60,919 nt of DNA from Dehalococcoidales bacterium (GCA_034430375.1 DAOUER010000038.1:1-60919); one strand, 5' to 3'. Counted from the stretch's first letter, positions 29,582-40,351 are shown. Made by a program: numbers and translations. Notes: generated by a model not told the origin, from the sequence alone.

Positions 29582-31729
29582 ATGCCAGGAATATTCTGGA
29601 TTGTACCCATATCTGGGGTAATTACGATTATCTTTGCCATTATATTGGCCAGAAACGTTTTAAAACGCCCTACGGGTACCCCTAAAATGAAGGAAATTGG
29701 TGATATTATATTCCAGGGAGCCTGGGCCTTCCTCAAGCGCCAGTACAGCACTATTGCAATGTACTCGGTAGGAATAGCGATAGTCATCGGTGTTCTAGTT
29801 GCCGTACTCGGCGGGACAGAAGTCGAAGGTTTAGACGAGTGGGCTATCGGCTGGCGGACTGGCGTTGCTGTCCTTGTCGGCGCTTTCTGTTCTGGACTGG
29901 CTGGTTTTATCGGCATGTATATCGCCGTTAAGTCCAACGTACGCTGTGCTGCAGCGGCCCAGCAAAACCTTACCGAAGCGGTCAAAGTGGCGCTTCGCGG
30001 TGGCGCCGTATCCGGTTTTCTTATCACCGCCCTGAGCCTTATCGGTGTTACGATTATCTTTTTCGCCTACGGTGGCTACGAAAATCCGCAAATCGCCCCA
30101 CATCTAATCGTTGGCTTTGGATTCGGCGCTAGTTTTGTTGCCCTGTTTGCTCAGTTAGGCGGCGGTATCTTCACCAAGGCGGCTGACGTCGGGGCTGACA
30201 TCGTCGGTAAAGTCGAGTCGGGTATACCGGAAGACGACCCGCGTAACCCGGCTGTGATTGCCGACCTGGTTGGTGACAATGTCGGCGACTGTGCCGGTCG
30301 TGGTGCCGACCTTTTTGAATCGACTGCTGCCGAGAATATCGGCGCCATGATACTCGGTATTGCCGCTTATCTAGCTACGGGAGATATAGCCTGGATATTA
30401 TTCCCGCTGTGTGTCCGTGGTTTCGGAATGATAGCCAGCATGATAGGTGTGCTATTCGTCAAGGCAAAAGAGAATGAAAATGCTATGAATGCTCTCAATC
30501 GGGGATATTTCGTATCCATAGCCTTATCCGTAATAGGTTTAGCTATAACTGTATACGTCATGCTGGATAACTGGTGGCTCTTCGCCGCTGGTTTGGTAGG
30601 TTTAATCGCCAGCGTAGTAATCATCTTTGTCACCCAGTACTATACGGAAGCCCGTTATAAGCCGGTGCAGGAAATAGCCGAAGCCTCTAAAACTGGGCCG
30701 GCTACCAACATAATAATGGGAATGTCGGTAGGTTTTGCCACTACTTTCGCCACCGCGATTGTTATCGGGGTCGCCCTGTTGTTAGCTTACTGGATGGGTG
30801 ATACGAGTGGCGTTCACGGTGGTGGCGCCTTCGGCACAGCCGTTGCTACGATGGGAATGCTGATGACTTGTCCTTACGTCCTTTCCATGGATACCTTCGG
30901 TCCCATCACCGATAATGCCAACGGCATCAACGAGATGGCCGGTGCCGGACCGGAAATCAGGCGTATCACCGACCGCCTGGATGCTGTCGGTAACACGACT
31001 AAAGCCCTGACAAAGGGGTATGCCATGGTCTCGGCTGGACTGGCCGCTTTCCTTCTCTTCCAGGCCTACATCGACCGCGTCAACTTCCTGCGGCCGGAAA
31101 ATCCCCTGGTCTCGGTGGACATCTCCCGCATTGAGGTGTTCGTCGGTGCCCTGCTTGCCGCCATGATTGTATTCCTATTTAGCTCCTGGGCTATTAAAGC
31201 CGTCGGCAAGACCGCCTCTAAAATCATCGAGGAAGTCCGCCGACAGTTCCGCGCCGATCCCGAGATACTAAATCCGAAGGACCCGGAACATCCCCATATG
31301 CCAGATTACGGTAAAGCAGTGGATATCACCACCCGTGCCGGTCTTAGAGAAATGATAGCTCCAGGCCTGCTTCCCGTCCTGGGCCCCATTATCATCGGCG
31401 TAGCTTTCCGCTTCATACCGGGGGGTTATGACGCCGCCATGGTAGTAGCCGCGGTACTCATGGTAGGTACCATCGTCGGTATATTGATGGCGTCCTTCAT
31501 GAATAACGGCGGCGGCGCCTGGGATAATGCCAAGAAAATGATTGAAGACGACCAGTTAAAGGATGAAAACGGAGAGGTCCTTGGTAAGAAGTCATTCGCC
31601 CATCAGGCGGCGGTCGTCGGCGATACTGTCGGCGATCCGCTTAAAGATACTGCGGGACCTTCGCTACACGTACTCGTTAAACTTTTAGCTACCGTTACGC
31701 TGGTGATGTGCCCGTTGTTCATCGGATAA
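29582..31729 (+). CDS. hppA: Membrane-bound ion-pumping pyrophosphatase
   Basis: DVGADIVGKVE, IPEDDPRN, DNVGD, GNTTK, GDTVGDPLKD. Confidence 0.97.
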   Translation: MPGIFWIVPISGVITIIFAIILARNVLKRPTGTPKMKEIGDIIFQGAWAFLKRQYSTIAMYSVGIAIVIGVLVAVLGGTEVEGLDEWAIGWRTGVAVLVGAFCSGLAGFIGMYIAVKSNVRCAAAAQQNLTEAVKVALRGGAVSGFLITALSLIGVTIIFFAYGGYENPQIAPHLIVGFGFGASFVALFAQLGGGIFTKAADVGADIVGKVESGIPEDDPRNPAVIADLVGDNVGDCAGRGADLFESTAAENIGAMILGIAAYLATGDIAWILFPLCVRGFGMIASMIGVLFVKAKENENAMNALNRGYFVSIALSVIGLAITVYVMLDNWWLFAAGLVGLIASVVIIFVTQYYTEARYKPVQEIAEASKTGPATNIIMGMSVGFATTFATAIVIGVALLLAYWMGDTSGVHGGGAFGTAVATMGMLMTCPYVLSMDTFGPITDNANGINEMAGAGPEIRRITDRLDAVGNTTKALTKGYAMVSAGLAAFLLFQAYIDRVNFLRPENPLVSVDISRIEVFVGALLAAMIVFLFSSWAIKAVGKTASKIIEEVRRQFRADPEILNPKDPEHPHMPDYGKAVDITTRAGLREMIAPGLLPVLGPIIIGVAFRFIPGGYDAAMVVAAVLMVGTIVGILMASFMNNGGGAWDNAKKMIEDDQLKDENGEVLGKKSFAHQAAVVGDTVGDPLKDTAGPSLHVLVKLLATVTLVMCPLFIG

Positions 31730-31750
31730 ACCAGCCTTTTAAAAATATAA

Positions 31751-31784
31751 GAGGGGCATGATTATTAAGGTCATGCCCCTTTTT
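31751..31784 (+). terminator. Intrinsic terminator after hppA
   Basis: AGGGGCATGA-9 nt-TCATGCCCCT followed by TTTT. Confidence 0.85.
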
Positions 31785-31850
31785 CATTGGCCTAATATGC
31801 TGTCATTCCCAGGAAGGCGGGAATCCTTTGGTAACGATAAGTCTGAATCT

Positions 31851-32465
31851 TTATTTTAAAAATGGATTGGCCCTTATCTCAGTTGCTATCGTAGAGTCGG
31901 GACCGTGGCCGGGGTGGACTATTGTTTCCGGGGGGAGGGTAAGCAGCTTGGTCTTGATGCCGTTCATCAGCTGGTCGTAGTCGCCGTCGATAAGGTCATA
32001 TCGTCCGATGCCGTAGTTAAAGAGAGTATCTCCCGTAAAAACGTGCCCTTCACCGTAAATACTGATGCCGCAGGGCGTATGTCCCGGGGTATGAAGAACG
32101 GTGAAATGAAGTCCGCCGATATTAATGCCGTCGCCGTCGTTTAGAATGCGTTCCGGCTTGGGCGCTCCCTGGTACGGAGGTTCATAAACATAGCTGGACG
32201 ATTGCGGTAAATACCGGGCACACTCAACGTGTGTAGCCAGCTCGGCCTCGGTCATCTGTTTTACCTGCGCGGCGGCACCCACGTGGTCGGGATGGCGGTG
32301 GGTAAGAATTATCAGCTTAATGGTTAATCCGGCTTTTTCAACGGTGGCTAGAATATCTATGGCGTCGGCACCCGGGTCGATGATAATGCCTTCTTTAGTG
32401 GATTCGGAACCGACGATATAGCAATTACTGGCAATCGGCCCGACGACGAGTTTCCGGATAATCAT
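31851..32465 (-). CDS. MBL-fold metallo-hydrolase (glyoxalase II-like)
   Basis: THRHPDH, HTPGHT, FTGD, HPGHG; start moved to ATG 32465. Confidence 0.9.
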   Translation of the reverse strand: MIIRKLVVGPIASNCYIVGSESTKEGIIIDPGADAIDILATVEKAGLTIKLIILTHRHPDHVGAAAQVKQMTEAELATHVECARYLPQSSSYVYEPPYQGAPKPERILNDGDGINIGGLHFTVLHTPGHTPCGISIYGEGHVFTGDTLFNYGIGRYDLIDGDYDQLMNGIKTKLLTLPPETIVHPGHGPDSTIATEIRANPFLK

Positions 32466-32589
32466 GTTTAATATTAACATTCACCATTGGTTATATCAAG
32501 AACAAATAATCTTATAATTACTTGCGCTAAATTTTAGTGATACGCTAAACTTAGATATACTTATCCACTGGACAAGGCAGGAGCCGGAT

Positions 32590-33903
32590 TTGACTGATAT
32601 TCGCGCGTTTGGCGGCATACACTACAACCCGTTGTCGGTAAAAGACCTGACACAAGTCCTCTGTCCGCCCTACGATGTTATCTCCCCGGCCCGGCAACAG
32701 GAACTATACGACCTCAGCGATAATAATTTCGTACGTATTGAGTTCGGACGGGAACTCCCGCAGGACAATGAAACCGATAACAGATACACCCGGGCTTCGG
32801 TCAACCTGAACAACTGGCTGGAAAAAGGAATTCTTCAGGAAGACAGTCAGCCGGCGATATACGTCCACGACCACCGTTACCGCTACGGTAACCGGGAATA
32901 CTGCCGTCGCAGTATTACCTGCCTGGTCAAGCTTGAAGAATGGGATAAAATGGTGGTTCGTCCACACGAAGGCACATTTTCCCGGGCTAAAAGTGACCGA
33001 CTGAGTATTCTTTGGACGCTGCAGGCTAATACCAGCCCCATCCTGGCTTTATACGATGATACGGATAATAACGTCGCTGTTTTAGTTGAGTCCGCAACCC
33101 CTAAATCATCTCTGCTTCATGCCGAATATGAAAATGGTAAGTCACACAATCTGTGGTCTATAGAGGACGCCGACGTAATCAACAACCTTAAACAGTATTT
33201 TGCCCAGCAGCCCCTCTATATCGCTGACGGTCACCATCGCTACGAAAGCGCCCTGACCTACCGTCGGGAAAGACGTTTCGGCGCATCCGAATCAGGTGAG
33301 GCGCCTTACGATTTCGTAATGATGTCGCTGATGGAATTCAACGACCCCGGACTGCTGATTTTACCGGCACACCGCTTGCTGGGAGGCATTTCCCGGCGGA
33401 ATCTCACCGGCCTGATATCCGGGCTGGAATCGTGTTTTACCGTTCGTAAAATCCCATCAGGCGACCGTTCCCCCGATGATGTCGTCAAACTGTTATCGGG
33501 CAAAGGCAAAAATAAGGTCAGCCTGGTACTTTACGGCTTATTGCCGGAGTATTATTTACTGCTCGAAACACGTGAGGATATTACCCTTAACCAGGTATTA
33601 CCTGACCTGCATGCCGATTATAATCAGAAGCTTGGGGTAAGCGTGGTGGACCATCTGATACTGGAAGGCATTATGGGATTTACGCCGGAAGCTATCGGTT
33701 CGCTACTCTCCTATACTCATGATGCCCGTGAAGCGGTCAGTCTGGTACAATCACAGGAATACCAGCTCGCGTTTCTCGTCAATCCGGTTACACCGACTGA
33801 TATCAAATCGGTAGCGGACAGCGGTGGCCGCATGCCAAAAAAATCCACCTATTTTTACCCTAAAATGCCGGCGGGACTGATTTTCTACAGCTTTGTTCAG
33901 TAA
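32590..33903 (+). CDS. DUF1015-family protein
   Basis: PPYDVI, VRPHEGT, YIADGHHRYE, MPKKSTYFYPK. Confidence 0.9.
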   Translation: MTDIRAFGGIHYNPLSVKDLTQVLCPPYDVISPARQQELYDLSDNNFVRIEFGRELPQDNETDNRYTRASVNLNNWLEKGILQEDSQPAIYVHDHRYRYGNREYCRRSITCLVKLEEWDKMVVRPHEGTFSRAKSDRLSILWTLQANTSPILALYDDTDNNVAVLVESATPKSSLLHAEYENGKSHNLWSIEDADVINNLKQYFAQQPLYIADGHHRYESALTYRRERRFGASESGEAPYDFVMMSLMEFNDPGLLILPAHRLLGGISRRNLTGLISGLESCFTVRKIPSGDRSPDDVVKLLSGKGKNKVSLVLYGLLPEYYLLLETREDITLNQVLPDLHADYNQKLGVSVVDHLILEGIMGFTPEAIGSLLSYTHDAREAVSLVQSQEYQLAFLVNPVTPTDIKSVADSGGRMPKKSTYFYPKMPAGLIFYSFVQ

Positions 33904-34085
33904 TCCGGGAAATAAGCCGAAATATTACTATTATTCGTACTACTATTATGTTAACTGTTCCCTTCACTTCATTGACGCCTAGCCTGCCTTATGATACTAT
34001 TTATTTATAAAAGGTTCGGATGGATTATTGACAAATATCGGTTACGATCCTGAAGAATCTACCCATAACATCAGGAGAAGAAGCA

Positions 34086-35018
34086 GTGCTGGTCGAGGAC
34101 GAGTTAGCCAGGATTTCACCCGCGAAGGATACAGCGATTACTATCGGTGTATTCGATGGCGTACACCGGGGACATAAACACCTGCTGGCTAAATTGAAAG
34201 AACAGGCCGGTAAAGAGTCTTTATTAACCGGTGTGGTCACCTTCCGGCAGCATCCTGAAGATGTACTTTTCCCCAAAGCCAGGCTCCCCTTTCTCACCGA
34301 TATGAAAACCAGGACCAGCCTGTTGATAAATGAGGGCGTAGACTTTGTGGTGCCGCTTTCCTTTAATACCGAACTCGCCCGGCTTTCTCCCCGTGAGTTT
34401 ATTACTCTCCTTCAGAAATATCTCAAGATGAAACACCTCGTCGTCGGGGGTGACTTTGCCCTGGGTAAGGGAAGAGCCGGTGATACTGCTTCGCTACAAG
34501 AACTAAGCCAGGAGATGGGCTTTGGTTTTACCGCCGTTCCTCCCCTGGAAATAGGTGGAGAGATTGTCAGCAGTACCGCCATCCGGCAGGCTATGGCGGC
34601 GGGGGATATGCCACGGGTACGCAAAATGGCCGGTCACTATTTCAGTCTGCACGGCAAGGTTGTTCCCGGTACGGGCCAAGGTGAAGGACTGGGCTTTCCC
34701 ACGGCTAATTTAAATGTTAGCAAAGGCCAGGCTCTACCGCCCGACGGCGTCTACGCCAGCTGGGCTCATATCAACGGCAATGCCTACGAATCGATGACGA
34801 ACGTCGGGCTTTGCCCTACCTTCGAGCATGAGAAACGCACCATCGAGACCTATATACTTGATTACAGCGGCGATTTGTACGGCAACGATTTGTCCGTAGA
34901 CCTGGTGGGCAAGCTGCGTGACGAAGAAAAATTTACCGATATCGAAGATTTAAAAGAACAGATAGCCAAGGATATCAAAAACGGCAAATCCATACTGGAA
35001 ACCGTGAAAGCCCGTTAA
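34086..35018 (+). CDS. ribF: Riboflavin kinase / FAD synthetase
   Basis: GVFDGVHRGH, VSSTAIR, GFPTAN, GVYA, LRDEEKF. Confidence 0.95.
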   Translation: MLVEDELARISPAKDTAITIGVFDGVHRGHKHLLAKLKEQAGKESLLTGVVTFRQHPEDVLFPKARLPFLTDMKTRTSLLINEGVDFVVPLSFNTELARLSPREFITLLQKYLKMKHLVVGGDFALGKGRAGDTASLQELSQEMGFGFTAVPPLEIGGEIVSSTAIRQAMAAGDMPRVRKMAGHYFSLHGKVVPGTGQGEGLGFPTANLNVSKGQALPPDGVYASWAHINGNAYESMTNVGLCPTFEHEKRTIETYILDYSGDLYGNDLSVDLVGKLRDEEKFTDIEDLKEQIAKDIKNGKSILETVKAR

Positions 35019-35052
35019 GCAATATTACAGTTCTAATTAAGGAGAATTCAGG

Positions 35053-36408
35053 TTGGAATCCATAGACCAGCAAGTTGCGGCTTTAATGTGGGGCTCCGAG
35101 TTCGGCGATGCCCAGATAAAAGAAACGATGGCCGGTGACCTTCGGCAGAAACTTATCGACGCCGGTAAAGAGGGGCGGCCGCTGCGCGTTTACTGTGGTT
35201 TTGATGTTACCGCGCCTGATATCCACCTGGGACATATGGTCCAATTACGAAAATTGCGCCGGTTCCAGGATTACGGACACGAAGTGACTTTCTTAATAGG
35301 CACCTTCACCACGCTAATCGGCGACCCCAGTGACCGCGATGAAGCCCGTACCATAGCGTTGGAGGAAGTAATCAAGCACAACGCGCAGACCTATGCCGAA
35401 CAGGCCATGCAGATACTCGACCCGGATAAAACCGAAATCCGTTATAATTACGAATGGTTGAGTAAGCTTAGTTTCGCCGATGTTATCAGCATGGCATCGT
35501 GTTTTACCGTACAGCAGTTCCTGGTCCGCGACCGCCTGCGTAATCGTATCGATAATAACGACCCCATCTGGCTGCGCGAACTGCTCTACCCCCTGGCGCA
35601 GGGTTACGATGCCGTTCATTTGAAAGCCGACGTACAAATCGGCGCTACCGAGCAGCTTTTCAACCTTATGGCCGGGCGCCGCCTCCAGGAAGCTTTTGGT
35701 CTGAAGCCTCAGGTATGTCTTACTTTTCCGGTCCTGGTAGGAACCGACGGTGTCCAGCGGATGTCCAAGAGTACCGGTAACTACATCGGCGTGTCGGAGG
35801 CCCCGGAACAAATATACGGCAAGGTGATGTCTATCACCGATACGCTTATCATGCAGTACTTCGAGCTACTCACCGATATTGACGAGGAAGAATTGAAGAA
35901 ACTCGGGGAACAGATTGATAACGGCGTGAACCCGATGTACCTGAAAAAACAGCTGGCGAGGAATATCGTCACCCAGCTCTACACCGAGAAAAATGCTATA
36001 GACGCTGAGAAACATTTTGTAAGTGTAGTCCAGAACAAGGAACTGCCGGATGATATACCGGAGGGAAAGCTTCTAATAACCAAAGAATTACTCAAAAGCT
36101 TAAAAAGTCAATCAATTAACGAAGAAGGAATGTTGGTTAGTGGACGAGAAGTTGGTAAACCCGAAACGGAAGAATGGTTTATACCAGTTTCAATCATCTC
36201 TCAATTCTTGTTTGAACAAAATCTTGTAAAGAGCCGTAGTGAGGCTAACAGGCTAATTAACCAAGGGGCTTTAAGTGTCGATGGGGGAAAAATCGATATT
36301 GTAGAAGACCCTAATTTAGCCAAGTATGGGATCGTTATAAAAAACGGTAGCATACTTAAAGTTGGCAAACGCCGCTTTCTCAAGGTGATTATTAATACTG
36401 ATCAATAG
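35053..36408 (+). CDS. tyrS: Tyrosine--tRNA ligase with an atypical AT-rich C-terminal S4 region
   Basis: GFDVTAPDIHLGH (HIGH), YPLAQGYD, RMSKS (KMSKS), S4 motif SRSEANRLINQG...VGKRRF. Confidence 0.93.
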   Translation: MESIDQQVAALMWGSEFGDAQIKETMAGDLRQKLIDAGKEGRPLRVYCGFDVTAPDIHLGHMVQLRKLRRFQDYGHEVTFLIGTFTTLIGDPSDRDEARTIALEEVIKHNAQTYAEQAMQILDPDKTEIRYNYEWLSKLSFADVISMASCFTVQQFLVRDRLRNRIDNNDPIWLRELLYPLAQGYDAVHLKADVQIGATEQLFNLMAGRRLQEAFGLKPQVCLTFPVLVGTDGVQRMSKSTGNYIGVSEAPEQIYGKVMSITDTLIMQYFELLTDIDEEELKKLGEQIDNGVNPMYLKKQLARNIVTQLYTEKNAIDAEKHFVSVVQNKELPDDIPEGKLLITKELLKSLKSQSINEEGMLVSGREVGKPETEEWFIPVSIISQFLFEQNLVKSRSEANRLINQGALSVDGGKIDIVEDPNLAKYGIVIKNGSILKVGKRRFLKVIINTDQ

Positions 36409-36427
36409 CATTTACAAGGAGTAATAA

Positions 36428-37516
36428 ATGGCACAGTTACGCGTACCCGGCCCTACCCCCTGTCCGCCGGAAGTCCTCCAGGCAATGGCCTGGCCGATGA
36501 TTAATCACCGCGGTCCGGAATTTAAAAAAATGTTATTCGATGTTACGGATAAACTCAAGGAGATTTTCCAGACCAGGAATGACCTTTATATTCTCACCGG
36601 CTCCGGTACGGGGGGTCTTGAAGCGGCTGTGGTCAACGTCCTGTCACCCGGCGATAAAGTGCTTTCGGTATCCATCGGCGTTTTCGGCGACCGCTGGGCG
36701 AACATCGCCAGGACTTTCGGCGCCGAGGTTATTCCCCTTAATGTAGAGTGGGGCAAAGCCGCCGACCCGGAAGCCGTCAAAGACGCTATCAAGGCCAATC
36801 CCGGTATCAAGGCTGTCCTGGTTACCCACAACGAGACATCCACGGGTGTTACCAATCCTCTCGAGGCCATCAGTAAAGTGGTCAAGGGCGCCGGGAAGCT
36901 GTTACTGGTAGACGCTATCAGCAGCCTCTCATCCATAGATTTACCGGTTGGTAAATGGGCGTGTGATGTTGTTGTTACGGGTTCCCAGAAAGGCTGGATG
37001 ATACCACCGGGACTGGCCATGGCCAGCATCAGCTCGGAGGGCTGGAAAGCTTTTGAAAAAGCTACCATGCCTCGTTTTTACTGGGACTTCGGGAAAGCCA
37101 GGAGCTACCTGGAAAGAGGCGAGAATCCCTGGACGCCGGCCATTTCGGTAGTGTTCGCTCTCTCGGTAGCCCTGGATATACTCTTGAAAGAAGGTATCCA
37201 GAGTATTTTCGATAAGCAAAAACGCATCGGGCAAATGACGCGGGACGGCGTTAAAGCCCTCGGTCTCTCCATGTTCGCCGATGAAAAATACGCTTCTAAT
37301 ACCGTCAGCGCGGTGGCGGCATCTCACGGACTCGACGTGAGCAAATTGCGTGAGTTAATGCAATCGGAATACGGTATAGTCCTGGCCGGCGGACAGCAGA
37401 CCCTGGGCGGCAAGATATTCCGCATCGGGCATCTGGGCTTGGTGACGGAACAGGATATAAAAGAGCTCCTGGCGGCATTGAAGGATATTTTACCCAAGGC
37501 GGGTTTTTCACCATAA
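36428..37516 (+). CDS. Class V PLP aminotransferase (alanine-glyoxylate/serine-pyruvate type)
   Basis: PGPTP, GSGTGGLEA, HNETSTG, VDAISS, GSQKG, RIGHLG. Confidence 0.92.
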   Translation: MAQLRVPGPTPCPPEVLQAMAWPMINHRGPEFKKMLFDVTDKLKEIFQTRNDLYILTGSGTGGLEAAVVNVLSPGDKVLSVSIGVFGDRWANIARTFGAEVIPLNVEWGKAADPEAVKDAIKANPGIKAVLVTHNETSTGVTNPLEAISKVVKGAGKLLLVDAISSLSSIDLPVGKWACDVVVTGSQKGWMIPPGLAMASISSEGWKAFEKATMPRFYWDFGKARSYLERGENPWTPAISVVFALSVALDILLKEGIQSIFDKQKRIGQMTRDGVKALGLSMFADEKYASNTVSAVAASHGLDVSKLRELMQSEYGIVLAGGQQTLGGKIFRIGHLGLVTEQDIKELLAALKDILPKAGFSP

Positions 37517-37533
37517 AAATCGAGGGATAGCGT

Positions 37534-39123
37534 ATGGCTGATAAAAAGAAAGTTCTGATTACCGATGAGATATCCGAGGAAGGTATTGCCATCCTCCGGG
37601 AGGTAGCTCAGGTTGATATCAAGACGCAACTCAATCCCGAGGAAATCATATCAATCATCGGCGACTACGACGCCCTGATAGTACGCAGCCAGACACATGT
37701 CACCGCCGAAATAATCAAAGCCGGTCATAAACTACAGGTCATCGCCCGCGCCGGGGTAGGTATAGACACTGTAGATGTCGAAGCGGCTACACAACGCGGT
37801 GTCCTGGTAATAAACGCCCCCACCGGCAACACCGTATCGGCAGCGGAACATGCTATCGCCTTACTGCTGTCATCCGCCCGGAATATCCCCCAGGCTAACA
37901 ACTCGCTGCGCTCGGGTGAGTGGCGCCGTAATGAATTCATGGGTACGGAGTTACGGGGTAAGACCCTGGGTATTATCGGACTGGGAAATGTCGGCTCCGA
38001 AGTAGCCAAACGCGCCCGGAGTTTCGAGATGAAACTCATCGGCTGCGACCCCATGGTTTCCGAGGAATATGCCCAGAAAATCCAAGTAGAACTGGTTGAT
38101 CTCGAGCGCATTTTTAAAGAATCGGATTTCATCACGCTGCACCTACCCCTGAACGCCAAGACCAGGAAAATGATCGGCATCAAAGAGTTAACCAAGTTAA
38201 AACCGAATACCCGCATCATCAATTGCGCCCGCGGTGGACTTATCGACGAGGAAGCGTTGGTAAAAGCTATCAAGGCCGGGGAAATCGCCGGCGCGGCTAT
38301 CGATGTCTTCGAGCAGGAGCCGATTACCGAAAGCATCCTCTTTAATGTCGATAACATCATCGTAACTCCCCACCTCGGTGCTTCGACGGCTGAAGCCCAG
38401 GTACTGGCCGCCAGGGATGTAGCCGAACAGATTGTCGATGTTTTCCAGGGGTTGCCCGCCAGGTCGGCGGTAAATGTCCCTTACATACCATCGGAAACCA
38501 TGCAGGCACTGGCACCGTATATAAAACTTGCCAATACATTATCCAAACTCGTTTACCGGTTAGCTGAAGGCCAGACGAAGACCATCCGCATCCGGTACGA
38601 AGGTGATATCGCCGAATACGATACCAATATTATAAAAGCGGCGGTAATCGGCGGCTTGATGGAAGGCACCAGTGATGAAAGAGTAAATCTGGTCAATTAT
38701 GGTCTGGTAGCCGCCAAACGGGGGCTTTCGGTAGTGGAAGAAAAAGACCCCGCCTGCGAGAACTACGCCAGCCTGGTTACCGTGGAGATAGTCACCGACC
38801 AGGCGTCTTTTGCCGTGGCCGGTACCGTCATGCACGGTCAGATGCATATTGTGCGGATTGATGACTACTGGCTGGATATCGTACCAACTCCCGGTTCCTG
38901 TTTCCTCTTCAGCGACCATCAGGACAGCCCCGGTCTTATCGGTGCGGTAGGTAAGATAACCGGAGACGCCGATATTAATATCAGCGCCATGCATCTGGGA
39001 CGTCTCAAGAAACGGGGAAAGGCTTTACTGGTATTAACACTGGACGAACCATTGCAGGAAGACAAGCAGCAGCAGATACTGGCTATACCCAACGTTTATT
39101 CTGTGAAAATGGTAGAACTCTAA
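37534..39123 (+). CDS. serA: D-3-phosphoglycerate dehydrogenase
   Basis: RAGVGID, GLGNVG, NCARGG, PHLGAST, C-terminal ASB+ACT domains. Confidence 0.96.
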   Translation: MADKKKVLITDEISEEGIAILREVAQVDIKTQLNPEEIISIIGDYDALIVRSQTHVTAEIIKAGHKLQVIARAGVGIDTVDVEAATQRGVLVINAPTGNTVSAAEHAIALLLSSARNIPQANNSLRSGEWRRNEFMGTELRGKTLGIIGLGNVGSEVAKRARSFEMKLIGCDPMVSEEYAQKIQVELVDLERIFKESDFITLHLPLNAKTRKMIGIKELTKLKPNTRIINCARGGLIDEEALVKAIKAGEIAGAAIDVFEQEPITESILFNVDNIIVTPHLGASTAEAQVLAARDVAEQIVDVFQGLPARSAVNVPYIPSETMQALAPYIKLANTLSKLVYRLAEGQTKTIRIRYEGDIAEYDTNIIKAAVIGGLMEGTSDERVNLVNYGLVAAKRGLSVVEEKDPACENYASLVTVEIVTDQASFAVAGTVMHGQMHIVRIDDYWLDIVPTPGSCFLFSDHQDSPGLIGAVGKITGDADINISAMHLGRLKKRGKALLVLTLDEPLQEDKQQQILAIPNVYSVKMVEL

Positions 39124-39160
39124 TAGTCGTAAAGTCTACTGATACCCAGGGATATCTATT

Positions 39161-39622
39161 ATGTTGAAAACAATCCGTAATTCGGCACTAATAGCGGCTA
39201 TTTTCGTATTATTGATCACGTCTATAATCATGGGCGGTTGCGACCTGATTACCGGTGAAGAAGCCTGCACGGAGACTCCTGAGCAAGAACAGCAAATCTA
39301 CGATATCAATGCTCAAAAAGCTCTCAACTTTATTCAGGACAACACCGGTAAACCGGATTTTATAATTATTGACGTCCGTAACCCTGAAGAATATGCCGGC
39401 GGGCACCTTGACGGGGCTTTCAACATCGATTTCAATTCCGGTGATTTATTAGTCCAACTGGAAGCGCTGGATAAAGAGAAGACTTATCTTGTCTACTGCC
39501 GCTCGGGCAGGCGCAGCGCCGGGGCCCGGGATACCATGGCTATGCTGGGCTTTCAGGCAATCTATAATATGTCCGGCGGTATAACGGAATGGGAATCATC
39601 GGGTTATCCTGTAGTACGTTAG
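39161..39622 (+). CDS. Rhodanese-domain lipoprotein
   Basis: Signal peptide ending IMGG|C; IDVRNPEEY, YCRSGRRS, MSGGITEW. Confidence 0.88.
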   Translation: MLKTIRNSALIAAIFVLLITSIIMGGCDLITGEEACTETPEQEQQIYDINAQKALNFIQDNTGKPDFIIIDVRNPEEYAGGHLDGAFNIDFNSGDLLVQLEALDKEKTYLVYCRSGRRSAGARDTMAMLGFQAIYNMSGGITEWESSGYPVVR

Positions 39623-39744
39623 GCATGGGTTGTCGATCTAGCTACGCCCGGTATTGAGACTGGAAGGCAATGATTGGACGTGTGTGGGTGCGTTGACTTG
39701 ACCTACCGGCGATGTTATCATACCTCAGAGAGCAGGATATTTAT

Positions 39745-40347
39745 ATGTCATTATTGACTGAATTATATCAAGAGATAGAACTCTGTCATACGTGCGATAT
39801 AGCTAAAGCCCGTACCCGGGTAGTGCCCGGTGAAGGGGCGGAAAACGCTGATATCATGTTTATCGGCGAAGCCCCCGGTTTCCATGAAGACCAGCAGGGA
39901 CGCCCCTTCGTGGGACCGGCAGGGCAGTTCCTGGATAGATTGCTAGCGTTAATCAACCTGAACCGTGAGCAGGTATATATCGCTAACGTCATCAAGTGCC
40001 GCCCCACCGGCAATCGTGACCCCCTGCCTACGGAAATAACCAACTGCGAACACTGGCTGAACAGCCAGATAGATATTATCAAACCCAGGATGATTGTGAC
40101 GCTGGGTCGTTATTCCATGGCCCGGTACTTTCCCGGCAAGACTATCAGCAAGATTCACGGCACGGCCCGTAAAGAGGCCGGCATCATTTATTTCGCTATG
40201 TATCATCCGGCGGCAGCCCTGCACCAGCAGAGTCTCAAACAGAGCATCGAAGCCGATATGCGAAAAATCCCGGAATTACTCGCTGAAACCGAAGCCATTC
40301 CCGAAACAGCACCGCAACCGCAGCAACTGAATATGTTTGAGGTTTAA
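39745..40347 (+). CDS. Uracil-DNA glycosylase family 4
   Basis: GEAPG, PFVGPAG, NVIKCRP, YHPAA, Fe-S cysteines; start moved to ATG 39745. Confidence 0.93.
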   Translation: MSLLTELYQEIELCHTCDIAKARTRVVPGEGAENADIMFIGEAPGFHEDQQGRPFVGPAGQFLDRLLALINLNREQVYIANVIKCRPTGNRDPLPTEITNCEHWLNSQIDIIKPRMIVTLGRYSMARYFPGKTISKIHGTARKEAGIIYFAMYHPAAALHQQSLKQSIEADMRKIPELLAETEAIPETAPQPQQLNMFEV

Positions 40348-40351
40348 TTAT

